In this document: positions 1 to 10,250 of the stretch, piece by piece
Numbering within the stretch: position 1 is the stretch's first letter
How the letters are laid out: each line of letters opens with the position of its first letter
Virus record (IMG/VR): IMGVR_UViG_3300047539_000147
Length of the DNA stretch: 64,000 nt
Reading direction: 5' to 3' (one strand)
Source: an uncultured virus (IMG/VR IMGVR_UViG_3300047539_000147)
Taxonomy: Duplodnaviria > Heunggongvirae > Uroviricota > Caudoviricetes
Made by a program: the position numbers and the translations under genes
The notes under the pieces: generated by a model
What the model saw: only the letters and a program-made list of their open reading frames with translations
What the model was told of the DNA's origin: nothing
Databases searched by the model: none

Positions 1-70
1 AACTGGTTGTAGCCGCCTCACGTTGCAAACACAAGTACTTGCACGCACGAAAACGAGATTTTACCGGAAA

Positions 71-90
71 CTGGGGGAAGTCTGGGGGGA
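71..90. repeat. CTGGGGGA / CTGGGGGG direct repeat, 11-bp period; possible integrase arm-type sites
   Basis: ctgggggaagtctgggggga in non-coding DNA at the element end downstream of the integrase. Confidence 0.3.
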
Positions 91-134
91 CCCTCGCAAG
101 CTTCAGTAGCGCCGACATGTTGGTCTTCATGCAC

Positions 135-1652
135 TCAAGAGACGAAGGCTTCCAGGAGTTCGCTTCGATCCGTCTTTACGAGATCAATCAAGTCGTTAAG
201 TCGAGACCGACGCTTCAGAAACGCAATGAGTTCTACGATGCGCTCGCTCTTGGTCTCACCGCGCACCTCGTCCCAATCGACACCGAGATCCGACACCAGA
301 ATTCGAAGCTCCGCTATGTTGTAGGCACCTGCCAACGCGAGCCGCAATGCCCGGTAGTCGATTCCCGGCAAAGGCGCGACTGCCTCGCGGTTAACTCGTA
401 GGCCCCTTTCGTCGAGACCGGCCTGTATGAATGCCCAGACGAAGGCAGCCGATGCATCCGCGGCGTAGAGTTGCCAGTCATCATTCTTTGCGGCGTCGGC
501 GCGATCGCAGATCGCCTTGATCATCACGAATGGTACGTGCTCTGGGCTTTGATATAGTGCAGCCGCAATTCCCGCCGCTTCCATCTCGATGGCTGCTGCT
601 CTGCTCCAAACGGAGGATAATGCGCCGGCAGTCGCTTGGTCTGCGATCACCTTGTTGCCTGACAGTATGACCCCGAAATGGACCTTGGGGACATCCGACT
701 TTTCCCCCTCCGGACGTGGTGTCTTGATATGTTCTTTCCAGGCTGAGTCTCTGACATTAAGAAGATTGCTGAGAAGCGCCGAATCGCTGCGATACACCGA
801 CCATCGCGGCGACACTCCGGAAGAGCTCACTTTGCCGACCTCATAATCAACAATCTGTTCTGCAATCACAATGTCGCCCAGGCGCACGTCGTCGGACAGT
901 CCTCCGGCAATGCCGACAAGAAACATTTTCCGCGGCGACCAATCATCGAGAAAATTACGGGCCAGCAATGCAGCGTTCAACTGTCCCATTCCCAGGGCAC
1001 AGGCAGCAACGACCGAGAGTCCATTCTTCGTCACGCAAGTGTGGTATTTGCGGTCGGACTCTTGGTTCCTCCCCAGGCTGACAGACCAGTTGTCTGTCTG
1101 TCTCAGGACAGCATCGAGTTCCTTGGGTAAGGCCGTCAAGATCGCTACATCGCATTTGGTTCGCATCGGTACTGTATCCTTGTCGAAAGAAGGATTCGGG
1201 TTGGTGGCCAACTCGTCCTCGGCCTCAATGAACTCACTAATTCGCGCAGGTAGTTCAACGGGAGGGACTTGCGCTTTGCCGAAGCACGTCATTCTGGGCC
1301 GCCCAGCAAACCACTTGAGGACCTCGTGGTCTAAGCAACTGGTTAGAGCGACTATTCTGCTTTTCGGCCACTTGTGGCTGATAGTCCGTGCCAAAGAAAT
1401 GCCAGTCCGAAATCCGCCCGCTGTATCGATAGCATCCAGGGCCTTCCCGGGCGGCATCATGACGTCTAAAACGATTACGTCGAATCTCCGCCGCCCAAGG
1501 ATCGCAAGCGCATCGTCTGTAGAAGAGGCAAGAGTCACCGTGAAGCCAGCATCCGTCAGAGAATTAACATAATATCTTGTCTGGTAAATCTCATCATCGA
1601 TCAGCAATACTGAACGAACTGTTGGTTTTGAGGAAGGCATGTACTTACTCAC
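135..1652 (-). CDS. Receiver (REC) + purine nucleoside phosphorylase/MTA-SAH nucleosidase-family + C-terminal effector-associated (EAD7-like) domain protein; DtcC-like
   Basis: REC motifs LLIDDE, VLDVMMP, ALTS, K; PNP motifs ILTAL, VGIAGG, LGDIVI, IEMEAAG, IKAICDRAD..KNDDWQ; helical tail ELRILVSDLGVDWDEVRGETKSERIVELI. Confidence 0.85.
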   Translation of the reverse strand: MSKYMPSSKPTVRSVLLIDDEIYQTRYYVNSLTDAGFTVTLASSTDDALAILGRRRFDVIVLDVMMPPGKALDAIDTAGGFRTGISLARTISHKWPKSRIVALTSCLDHEVLKWFAGRPRMTCFGKAQVPPVELPARISEFIEAEDELATNPNPSFDKDTVPMRTKCDVAILTALPKELDAVLRQTDNWSVSLGRNQESDRKYHTCVTKNGLSVVAACALGMGQLNAALLARNFLDDWSPRKMFLVGIAGGLSDDVRLGDIVIAEQIVDYEVGKVSSSGVSPRWSVYRSDSALLSNLLNVRDSAWKEHIKTPRPEGEKSDVPKVHFGVILSGNKVIADQATAGALSSVWSRAAAIEMEAAGIAAALYQSPEHVPFVMIKAICDRADAAKNDDWQLYAADASAAFVWAFIQAGLDERGLRVNREAVAPLPGIDYRALRLALAGAYNIAELRILVSDLGVDWDEVRGETKSERIVELIAFLKRRSRLNDLIDLVKTDRSELLEAFVS

Positions 1653-2598
1653 CGTGCGGTCGACTCACCAAGATGACAGCCCTGTTCATGCCGGTTTCGC
1701 TTCTCTCCAGTTTCAATCGAGCGCGGCAGTCCTCAAGGAGGCGCGCCGCAGCAAAATAGTCAAAGTAGCGGTGGTCGGAGTGAGGTGGGAATTCGCCTGC
1801 GATAATTGCGTCGGTGATGTCCTTATCGAGTGGAGGTCCGCTGTCTTCAAAGCTCAACTGGATGATGTCTTCGGTATCCGACTGAAGGACACTAGAGGAG
1901 AGAGTGAGTACTCCTCTTCTCGCTTTGCCTTTCGTCCTTGCTTCAGCTGATCTCAGTCCATTCTCGAACAGCGCACTCAACGCGCGGCCGAACTTCTTGT
2001 AGTCACACCAAATCTCCGGAACTGGTGAGAGGCTATCGACGATCCTTACATTCGATGGCCCACCACCCTTGGCTGCGATAAGCTTCCGGAGTAGATCGGA
2101 CGCATCGACGGTACTCACCATCGTCCGGAAATCACGCTCCGTGTCTTCTGCCGCGGCGTAAATGAAATCTCGCAGCCGCTCGAATCTCGCCAAGTCGACG
2201 CCCGTGTCGCTGTGTACAACGTCCGACAATTCGTCGACGATCCTTATGAGCATGTGGTAGAAGGAGTGAGCTTGTGCCGCAGTAGCCCGCTGAAGCAAGA
2301 TCCGGTAAACATCCGGAGTCGCCTCCTCTTCGGCGGGAGCGGAATTGTCATCATCTAATTTTCGAGGAGATCTCGGCCCGAGATGCAACGCGGGATGAAC
2401 GGCGAGCTTCTCTAACAGGCGGGCCATCGAGTCAACAATCTCGCTGACGTCCCGAACATGCAGAACCACCTTCTCAGGCACTTTCAGCCGCTGCAGATCA
2501 CGATCAACCCTCGCAAGCGTGCTCTGACACGCATCCACCTGATGCCGGAGTTCGTGTCGGACAAGGGCAACGAGTTCGGCGAATTCTATCGGGACCAT
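1645..2598 (-). CDS. Degenerate sensor-less histidine kinase / HATPase-like protein
   Basis: H-box-like VRHELRH, N-box LFENGLR, G1 FEDSGPP; G2 box replaced by YFDYF; overlaps start of REC-PNP gene. Confidence 0.7.
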   Translation of the reverse strand: MVPIEFAELVALVRHELRHQVDACQSTLARVDRDLQRLKVPEKVVLHVRDVSEIVDSMARLLEKLAVHPALHLGPRSPRKLDDDNSAPAEEEATPDVYRILLQRATAAQAHSFYHMLIRIVDELSDVVHSDTGVDLARFERLRDFIYAAAEDTERDFRTMVSTVDASDLLRKLIAAKGGGPSNVRIVDSLSPVPEIWCDYKKFGRALSALFENGLRSAEARTKGKARRGVLTLSSSVLQSDTEDIIQLSFEDSGPPLDKDITDAIIAGEFPPHSDHRYFDYFAAARLLEDCRARLKLERSETGMNRAVILVSRPHGE

Positions 2599-2760
2599 CG
2601 GCTTTCGGCCTACCTTCCAATGTCGTAGTATGACCCAAGATTATACCCAAATGATATTAGGGACAGGAGAGGACAGAGGAGACCTGGTCTGAATGATGAG
2701 ACCGATCCACGGGTTGTCTCAGAGGTCAGGATCGTGGCCGAAGAGGAGAAGGAGCGGTGA

Positions 2761-3954
2761 CTACTGGACCACGACCAATTCCGGCGTCGGCGGGGGCTGC
2801 TGTTCTGCTGCCTCTTTCTTCCGTTTCTCGTCGGCCGCGTTCTGGCGCGCTGCGATCTCGTCGAGGGCCCGCCGCTTCGCTTCCATCCGGACGTGGGAGT
2901 AGCGCGATAGCATGGCGCGCGAGACGTGCCCGGCTATGCTCATGATGACTTCGTCCCCCGCGCCCGACTCGGAAAGCTCCGTGACCAGCGTGTGGCGGTT
3001 GTCGTGCCACCGCCCGACCACTTTAGCCTTGTCACGTACCTTCGTCCACGCCGTCCTCAACGTCGTGACGGGCTTGGTAGGATCATTCGGTTGCCCCTTT
3101 CCGGCGGGGAAGACGTACCACTCCGGCTTGCACTCACCGAACCGCCGGATGTACCACGCGGCGTGCGTCTCAAGGGCGATCATGACCGTATCGTTCAGCG
3201 GGATCACGCGGCCCGTACCGGCGTCGGTTTTTGATTTGCCTACGGTGAGCTGCTTTTTATGGACGAGGTCGATCTGCCGCCACTGGAGTTCGCGCAACTC
3301 CTTGTCGCGCAGGCCGCAATTCAGGTCCACGACGAGGGCGGGGTACATGTTTTTGCTCCGCAGCTTCGCAGCTTCCGCGAGCATGCGCGCCTTCTCGTCG
3401 GCGTTGTATGCGCGTCCGGGCGACGGCGGGAGAGCGAGTTTCATCGCCTTTTCTCGGCGCAATTTCGCGCGGATCAGATCTCCCTGGTCGCCGCACAGCC
3501 GCAACAGCAGCAGCACTTCGTCGTTGATTGTTTTGGGACCGGCCTTCGCCGCGAGACGATCTGTCTGGTAGCGTTTCACGACCGTCGGCGTGATCTCCAC
3601 GACGAGCCTCTTGCCAAGGTGGTCCGTTACGTGTCCCAGAGCGTACTCCGCGAACGTCCCGGATTCGTGCTTCAATTTGTAGTCGGCGAGAAATTCATCT
3701 GCTGCCTGCTGAATCGTTTTCCGGCGCTGCTTGCGGGCTTCCTCCTCGATGACCTGGCCATAGCTCTTCTCCAAGCGCTCCCGCTGACGGCTTTCTTCCC
3801 TTACCGCCTCGTCCCTATCCGCCGTGCCGGTGGACCCACGGTGCCGCCGCCCGTCCAGGGTGAACTCGTAATGGTAGAACGCTCCGTTTTTGAAAACGCA
3901 CATGTGGCGAAATTGCCTCGACCCCATGAGGGTCTTGGGTTGCGAAACAGTCAA
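2761..3954 (-). CDS. int: Tyrosine recombinase / phage-type integrase
   Basis: GLRDKEL (R), KSKT (K), HDNRHT (HxxR), AGH, RYSH (Y); N-terminal arm-binding-like segment. Confidence 0.93.
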   Translation of the reverse strand: MTVSQPKTLMGSRQFRHMCVFKNGAFYHYEFTLDGRRHRGSTGTADRDEAVREESRQRERLEKSYGQVIEEEARKQRRKTIQQAADEFLADYKLKHESGTFAEYALGHVTDHLGKRLVVEITPTVVKRYQTDRLAAKAGPKTINDEVLLLLRLCGDQGDLIRAKLRREKAMKLALPPSPGRAYNADEKARMLAEAAKLRSKNMYPALVVDLNCGLRDKELRELQWRQIDLVHKKQLTVGKSKTDAGTGRVIPLNDTVMIALETHAAWYIRRFGECKPEWYVFPAGKGQPNDPTKPVTTLRTAWTKVRDKAKVVGRWHDNRHTLVTELSESGAGDEVIMSIAGHVSRAMLSRYSHVRMEAKRRALDEIAARQNAADEKRKKEAAEQQPPPTPELVVVQ

Positions 3955-4241
3955 GTCGAAGATTTGCGCGGCTGGCCAGATCCTCGCTGCGGTTGATGGC
4001 TCGGCTCTGCGGTGCCACCGCCGCCCGGTTGTGATTCCAGAAAGGCCATGATGTCCCCGAACTTATACCGAACCGTCGTGCCGTTGATGCGCCGGAACGG
4101 GCAGCCGATGTTTAACCGCCGTTCGTTCTGGAGCACTTTAACGCTGCACGCCCGGATGGCGGCGTATACGCGCTCATCGACCCACGCCCATGGGACCGCT
4201 GGCACCTGGGTTAGATCGACAGGCCGCGGAAGGCTGCTCAT
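3951..4241 (-). CDS. Excisionase-like / AlpA-type HTH protein
   Basis: Small basic protein, LQNERRLNIGCPFRRINGTTVRY; 4-nt start/stop overlaps with helicase and integrase. Confidence 0.65.
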   Translation of the reverse strand: MSSLPRPVDLTQVPAVPWAWVDERVYAAIRACSVKVLQNERRLNIGCPFRRINGTTVRYKFGDIMAFLESQPGGGGTAEPSHQPQRGSGQPRKSST

Positions 4242-5938
4242 ATCGTCACCGCCGTACCGGTTTCTCGCTGGCAAATGTAAAGCGTTTCGCGCGCTCTGGT
4301 CAGTCCCACATAGAAGACTCGAATCACGGAATCGCGAGCCGCGCCGCCCCGGTTGTATTGAGCGTCCCCGGCCTGGCTGAGGTCCGGAAAGAGATAGACC
4401 ACATCGGCTTGGCCTCCCTTGACGGAGTGGATGGTCCCGACCACCACTTTGGGCAAATCCATGAGCGCGCGCGGCCCACGCACGGCGGCAACGTCTGCCG
4501 GAAACTGGATGCGATTACGGACGTCCGTAGTGACTCGGGTTCGCCACCAGTCGAGCAGCGCACGGTAATCGCCATGCCATGCTGCCAGCAAGGATTCGAG
4601 TGCCCCCGATTCGAAGATCGTCTGCAGATGCTCCATGGTCACCAGGGGGGACCCGGAAAGCGTCCTGATTGACTCTTTGGTGCCGCCCTTCAGAATGCCC
4701 TTCGACTCCAGCCACTCGCTCCACAACGCGAGGTCGCCCTTCGTCCACGCCCGATGGCCATCACCGAACTCCGGGTGGGCCACCAGCAGGGAGAGGATGC
4801 GGTTGGCACTCGACCTGTTCGTGCCGATCCGCAGCGGGTTCCAGAATCCGTTCGTCTTGCGGTACGGGTTGTGGAACGGGATGCCATTCTTGCGCAAAAT
4901 CGCGACCAACGGGTGGAGCATGTACGAGCAGGACGCGAGGAACATCACGGTCTTTCCCTGCTCCAGATGCTCCATGGCGCTCTTGAGGATGAAATACTCC
5001 GGTGACTTGTAAGTGCCACGCGAGAGCCGCTGTACTGCGCCATCTTCTGGTCGCGGCAGGTAGACCTTCTCCTGGCGTCTCGTGACCCGATGGATCAGAT
5101 CGTTGGCGAGTTGGTGGACGGTGCGTGGAACCCGATGCGACTGCTTGAGGATGATCTTGTGGTCCTCTGGAATGTCCGGATCGAGGATGGCGTCCGGGGA
5201 AGCGCCCGTGAACGAAAAGATGGTCTGGTCGTCGTCACCCGCAAGAATGAAGTAGTTCGCGCAGTCGCCCCATTTCCGGATGAGCGTCAACTGCATGCGG
5301 TTGAGGTCCTGTGCCTCGTCCGCGAAGATGACCGCCGGGTGCCTGGGCGCGGCAGAGACGTCCCGGTAGCACGTCTCGATTAGATCGGTGAAGTCGAGCA
5401 GCCCAAGTGCATGCTTGTACTCCGTCCACTTCTTTTCGAACTGGCTCAGCACGATGGGCCAACGGTTCTGCGGGATCATCAGGCCGCGCATACGGCTCAA
5501 CTCACGAAGGACCTCATCGCCGTTCTTGGCCAGCTCGGCGTCGTCCTCCGCTCCGGCACCTTCGCTTTCGAGCCTGACCTGCTTCTTGGCCGGCGTGATG
5601 GCCAGGTGCGGGTTGTCTCTATTCCACTCGTCTACGCATGACTCCGCGATCACCGGTCTGCCGAGCGCGTGGTAGCAGTGCGAGTGCAGCGTGCCGACCC
5701 GGTCCGAAGCGATAGGCAGGTCGCGGCCAGCCAGTTCCGCGGCCGCCGTGCGCGAGTAGCTCGTCACCAGCACCGCGTCCGCACCGTGCTTCTCGACCGC
5801 GCGCTTGACCTGGCGGGTGATGTTCGTAGTCTTGCCGCACCCTGGAGCGCCGAAGATTCGGTATTCGGCTGTGACGCTGTGGTCGCGCTGCCCGATCTCG
5901 TCAAGCGTCCCGGTGGCCTGTTCCTCAGATGGCATCAC
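4238..5938 (-). CDS. UvrD/Rep superfamily 1 helicase
   Basis: GAPGCGKTT, DEAQD, AGDDDQTIFSF, QSHR, TIHSVKGGQAD, YVGLTRARE. Confidence 0.92.
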   Translation of the reverse strand: MMPSEEQATGTLDEIGQRDHSVTAEYRIFGAPGCGKTTNITRQVKRAVEKHGADAVLVTSYSRTAAAELAGRDLPIASDRVGTLHSHCYHALGRPVIAESCVDEWNRDNPHLAITPAKKQVRLESEGAGAEDDAELAKNGDEVLRELSRMRGLMIPQNRWPIVLSQFEKKWTEYKHALGLLDFTDLIETCYRDVSAAPRHPAVIFADEAQDLNRMQLTLIRKWGDCANYFILAGDDDQTIFSFTGASPDAILDPDIPEDHKIILKQSHRVPRTVHQLANDLIHRVTRRQEKVYLPRPEDGAVQRLSRGTYKSPEYFILKSAMEHLEQGKTVMFLASCSYMLHPLVAILRKNGIPFHNPYRKTNGFWNPLRIGTNRSSANRILSLLVAHPEFGDGHRAWTKGDLALWSEWLESKGILKGGTKESIRTLSGSPLVTMEHLQTIFESGALESLLAAWHGDYRALLDWWRTRVTTDVRNRIQFPADVAAVRGPRALMDLPKVVVGTIHSVKGGQADVVYLFPDLSQAGDAQYNRGGAARDSVIRVFYVGLTRARETLYICQRETGTAVTI

Positions 5939-7679
5939 GGGGGTGCTCCTCCCTCTTACCCGGCGAGTATTCAGCGGGATCGAACTGATCCAACGGCAGC
6001 ACCCACCGGCCCTGTTCTTTGAACTTCTGGCCGCGAACGCGAATGCTCTTTCCGCCCAGTGCGCCGAGCATCGAGGCGACCGCCTTGACCGAAAGCATTT
6101 GGATCATGGTTTTGTTGATGTACATCTGGATGTCGCTGGCACAGATGGCCACCTTACCGTCCAGCACGATTGGCTTCCGCTGGCTCTGAACCGGCTGCCC
6201 TTCAATGGTGTCGATAAAACCGTTCTCGGAGAGGTACTGCGCAACGTACATGCGCGCCGCGCCTTCCCACTCGTTCTCCTCGCCGCCCTGTTCAATGACG
6301 CAGGCGTCCAGCATGGCCTGCGCCAGTTGGTCCCAGTCCTTGCCCTTGAACTTCCGGATAATCTTGCCCGTCGAAGCGGCGATCTCCTCCCGAACGGCAA
6401 TCTGCGACATAAACTTCCGGACGCTGAGAAACTCGGTTTTTCCCTCTTCCAACTCCATGTGATATGTCGGTTCCTTGCCGGCGAACTTCACGAGCCGACA
6501 GATCCGGACGCCCAGCACCGCGGAGATTCGTTCGCACAGTAGCGCCTTGGCGGCGGCAGGATCGAGGGTGGCACTATTGGGCGATCCACCTGCACCCGGC
6601 GCAACGGGCGCGCCCGGCGGCGCAGCCGGACCGGTCGTGGCGGAAAGCGGCGACGCGCCAAGCAGAACCATGGGTGCGTCCGGACCCAAGCTGGGCCGAA
6701 ATGCTTTCGCGATGGTCCGTTGGAAGTAGTCCAGGCGTGTGCGCTGCGACCTTGCGTACAGGCTCCGGTGGTGGACGATCAGGTCAACGATCTGCTGCTC
6801 GGTCAGACCGGCATGGGCACCAAAAGCCGCCAGCGCCATATCATACCCGCTCTGGCTCTGGTCCTTCAGGTCGTGTCGCTGGCGCAGCCAGGTGTTCTTG
6901 AACCGAAGGTCTCTGGCCAGCCAGCCGTCGAGCAGTTCCTGGGGGATGCGCGCGTCGATGTTGATGACCAACGGCTTGTCCGCGAACCGCTCGGCCCATT
7001 CGCGCGTCGCCTTCTCTTCCGCTTCTGGATCGGGGACCGCTACGTCGTCAAGGTAATCCTGGAAATCAGAGAGGTTGTATCGCCTGTCCGTCGCCGAGTG
7101 GAGAGTGACGCCCTTCGGATTGTCCGGGTCTTTCATGTTCGCCGTGCCGGGAATCCGCAACACGCGCGCCAAATCCGACAATCGGTCGAAGGCCCAGCCG
7201 CGCTGCGACGCGCGCAGGCGCAGTAGAGTCTGCCACCGGGACACGAGCAGTGCCGTGTCCTTCCGGTCCTCGGCGTCATCGAAGACGTATGGCTCCTTGA
7301 AAAGCCACCAAGCGTGCGCGCCGTTGCCGGTCGCGATCACCACGGTGGGCGGCATGCACTCGGGGATGATGGAGATCGCCTCCGCGATGGTCGCCGGGAG
7401 CGCCTTTGTGTGCGCCTCCGACTTCAAATCGAGGTCGGCCCAGAAGCCGCTAATGCCGGCGACATCGTCTGACACGCAGCGGTGCGTCGGCCCGCGGTCG
7501 GCTCTCGACAGGCCCACTCCCACATACACGTCCAGGCCGCGCGCCTTAACCACGAACTCCGCAGCGGCGGCGACGTCGCGGAACCAGTGGGAACATTTAT
7601 CGTGCAGCGTCCAGATCAGGACGAACATCTCCTCGGGTTTGAGCTGCCAGAGGAGGTTGAGAAAGTTGAGCGGTGTCAT
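5925..7679 (-). CDS. RepB-type (AEP superfamily) DNA primase with long C-terminal region
   Basis: FWADLD, ATGNGAHAWW, DLARVLRIPGT motifs; helical DQSQSGYDMALA domain. Confidence 0.8.
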   Translation of the reverse strand: MTPLNFLNLLWQLKPEEMFVLIWTLHDKCSHWFRDVAAAAEFVVKARGLDVYVGVGLSRADRGPTHRCVSDDVAGISGFWADLDLKSEAHTKALPATIAEAISIIPECMPPTVVIATGNGAHAWWLFKEPYVFDDAEDRKDTALLVSRWQTLLRLRASQRGWAFDRLSDLARVLRIPGTANMKDPDNPKGVTLHSATDRRYNLSDFQDYLDDVAVPDPEAEEKATREWAERFADKPLVINIDARIPQELLDGWLARDLRFKNTWLRQRHDLKDQSQSGYDMALAAFGAHAGLTEQQIVDLIVHHRSLYARSQRTRLDYFQRTIAKAFRPSLGPDAPMVLLGASPLSATTGPAAPPGAPVAPGAGGSPNSATLDPAAAKALLCERISAVLGVRICRLVKFAGKEPTYHMELEEGKTEFLSVRKFMSQIAVREEIAASTGKIIRKFKGKDWDQLAQAMLDACVIEQGGEENEWEGAARMYVAQYLSENGFIDTIEGQPVQSQRKPIVLDGKVAICASDIQMYINKTMIQMLSVKAVASMLGALGGKSIRVRGQKFKEQGRWVLPLDQFDPAEYSPGKREEHPRDAI

Positions 7680-7683
7680 GCGC

Positions 7684-7905
7684 TCAACTCTTGGAGGCGG
7701 CCAGCTCCTGGTGCCTGCCCCGGCTAGGTAAAGACCCCAACCACGCTTCGACATCCGATGGCATGTACCGGACGGACGAACCGATCTTGATGTAGGGGCA
7801 TCCTTTCTTTAGAAGTCGGTCCCTTCGCACAGACGCGACACTCCGCTTGGTGATTCGCGCAAGATCGTGCTCATCGAAGAGGTGCTCGTTGTGACCCATT
7901 CCCAT
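7684..7905 (-). CDS. Small AlpA/excisionase-like HTH regulator
   Basis: EHDLARITKRSVASVRRDRLLKKGCPYIKIGSSVRY. Confidence 0.8.
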   Translation of the reverse strand: MGMGHNEHLFDEHDLARITKRSVASVRRDRLLKKGCPYIKIGSSVRYMPSDVEAWLGSLPSRGRHQELAASKS

Positions 7906-7991
7906 CGCGTACTCCCTGATTGATATTTCGGGCTACGAGTTGAGAATAGCTGCTAACGATTTGATTTAAAACGAGATAAATTGCGGGGCGC

Positions 7992-8030
7992 TTCGGTTCG
8001 TTTCGGGTGGGTTCGGGTTAGTTCGGGTTT
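7992..8030. repeat. Four TTCGG(G)T direct repeats at exact 10-bp spacing; putative operator array
   Basis: Copies start at 7992, 8002, 8012, 8022. Confidence 0.6.
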
Positions 8031-10250
8031 TCTGGCGGCAGGTAAGCTCTGAGGGAATCTGACGTGATTTTCTTGTTCTGGCCCTTTCCTTCAACGACCA
8101 ATACCTGGTCCTTAACGAGATTCTGCCGCTGGCGCTCCGTGAGGCCAAGGTACTGTTCTGCTGTCCTAAAGTTGACCGCGCGCTTGCCCGCCAGCAGGGA
8201 GGCGTCGCCTTTCCGCTCCTTGCCCGGTCGCGGCTTGGTGCGATCCTGTTTTGGCACATCGGAATCGACGCGCGAATCAGACGGTTCTTGGACCGACGCG
8301 ACAGGGTCGTGGCGGTCCTCAGTCGCTTTCGGAGTTTCAGATTCGGTCGGCGCGCCTCCAGCCGGCAATGTCCGAGAAGTACTTGAGCCGTTCCTTCCAG
8401 AACTCAGGGACGAACTCATCCAGGGCCTCCTGGGCGACCCCGGAGAGGCATCCATGCCATTCGCGCAATTCGGCTTCAGTCATTCCCTTGGGTGCGCCGT
8501 CCTCCGTCCTTCCCTCGCGTTTGTATTTTTCCAATTTCCCCGACGTGTTCATCTCCGAGAAGACACACAGCCAGACCCATGCCGTCTTCATTGTTTCCGC
8601 GGCGAACCACTCTGCGAAATCGTAGGCCCGCCGGATTGCCTCGTATGGCTCCGCGCAATCCGGAGTCAGAATACACCGGGCTAAAGTCAGCGTCGCGCTG
8701 GTAACATACTTTCGCGCAATCTCCAAGCTCGGACCGAGGTCTTTCAAATCCTGAGACAACGTCACCTCGGCAAGCGCCAGCCCAGCTTCGAACTTGACCC
8801 TGGTTGGCGAATCCATCGCGCTCGCGCCGCCCGACGATGACACCCGAGCAGCCATTGACGCTGGGGGCCTGACCGCTCCCGAGTCTGGATGCTCCGGCTG
8901 TTGCGCCAAATCGCCCTGCGCTTCGCCGCGCGTATTATCGGAGTCTGGTGGCGCGGTCGGAGAGTAAATGAATCGCCAGTGTGCAACTCGGTCTTCTATG
9001 TATGGCTTGATAGCCATCGCGAGACCGTGCCGTTCGCTCAGCCCGATGTACTGCCACCATTCCAGGTTCGTCAGATTGATACCCGGCGGCTCCCCCGCAG
9101 CGGGCGGCGGCAACGGTTCAAAGAAACGGAACCGGTGTTCAATTGCATTGCTCAGCAAATCGTAGAAGACACAGGTCGGGTCCGGGTCATTTCCCGCCAC
9201 TACGGCAACCTCTCGGCCCTCGGGTTTTCCGTCCGGCCCATCTTGCCAGAGCATCCGTATGACCTTCTCACCTGGGCAGCGGTCCCACTCGCGACCGAAG
9301 AGATCCCTGAGCACCATCGGAAGCAGTAGTTGATCGAGTGCTTCCTGGTAGGCCGCCAACGTTTGGGCCACATGGCTATAGGCTGAGGCGTAAACATCAA
9401 AGACCGCGACCGCATAGCGCCGGAAGGGTTCGACGAGAGCCGCCAGCGCAGGCCACTCTTTTCCGGAGAAGATCCCTTCCAGTTCGCTTCTAACTGCCGC
9501 CCGGCCGTCGAACACGCATGCTGAGATGCGCTTCTCGTCTTCGGGCGTCCAAATGCTCTCTGGATCAGGGTCCTCAGGATTGATCCACCGAACCGAGCCG
9601 TCAATGGACGTGACGCGGAACCGACCTTTCAAAGACGATGCGTCTGCCTGCCCGGCTGCCTGTGGCGCACCATTGCCGGTTTCTGCCGTTCCGTAGAGCC
9701 CGACTCGTGCGCCATACCGCTCAACGTAGTCATCGCACCAGGCCTGCAGGCCAGTATTCAGGAACGCCACCAGTGGCTCGATCTCCAGGCCTAGTCCGAG
9801 ATCCGAGTCCGCGTCCCTCGCGACATCTTTCAGGTCAGCGAGAACGGACTGGAGAACTGCAGCCATCCGCGACTCGAATTCCGAACGCGTCAACCCCAGG
9901 GACCACCACTCCCCACCGGCCAACGCTGCGAGTTCACGTGCGTAGCGCCCCAATAGATCGCGGACCTTCGTACGGAGGGCGGCCGTAATCTCGTCCCAGC
10001 CCAACTTTCGCTTATCCGTCGGCCCGTCCCACACAATCGGGCCGAGAAACAGCGAACGCGGCCCCATTGACTCGTAGTAGTCAGCGTCTTCGCCAGAAGG
10101 ACCCTCCCTCTCCAACTTGCCCGACCACTTGTGGAGTCGCTGCACGTTGTGCCAGCAGCGGTCGCGCAAGTCGCCCTGGCCTGTTTCGAGTCTTCGCCGC
10201 GCGTCTTCCGGAAGTTGGGTCGGCATCGCTCCCTCGGCGATTCTCTGCAT
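8018..10250 (-). CDS. Large hypothetical protein with C-terminal HTH-like domain; one frameshift near 8360 joins ORFs 8337-10250 and 8018-8455
   Basis: 637-aa ORF plus overlapping ORF ending VNFRTAEQYLGLTERQRQNLVK (MerR/xis-like HTH). Confidence 0.55.

Noticed and set aside
135..2598. Housekeeping two-component system or MtnN
   Set aside because: No DNA-binding output or sensor domain; REC-PNP-EAD fusion and cargo position fit conflict systems better
2658..2683. GGACAG/GGAGA short repeats upstream of the kinase gene
   Set aside because: Short and low complexity; cannot distinguish from chance
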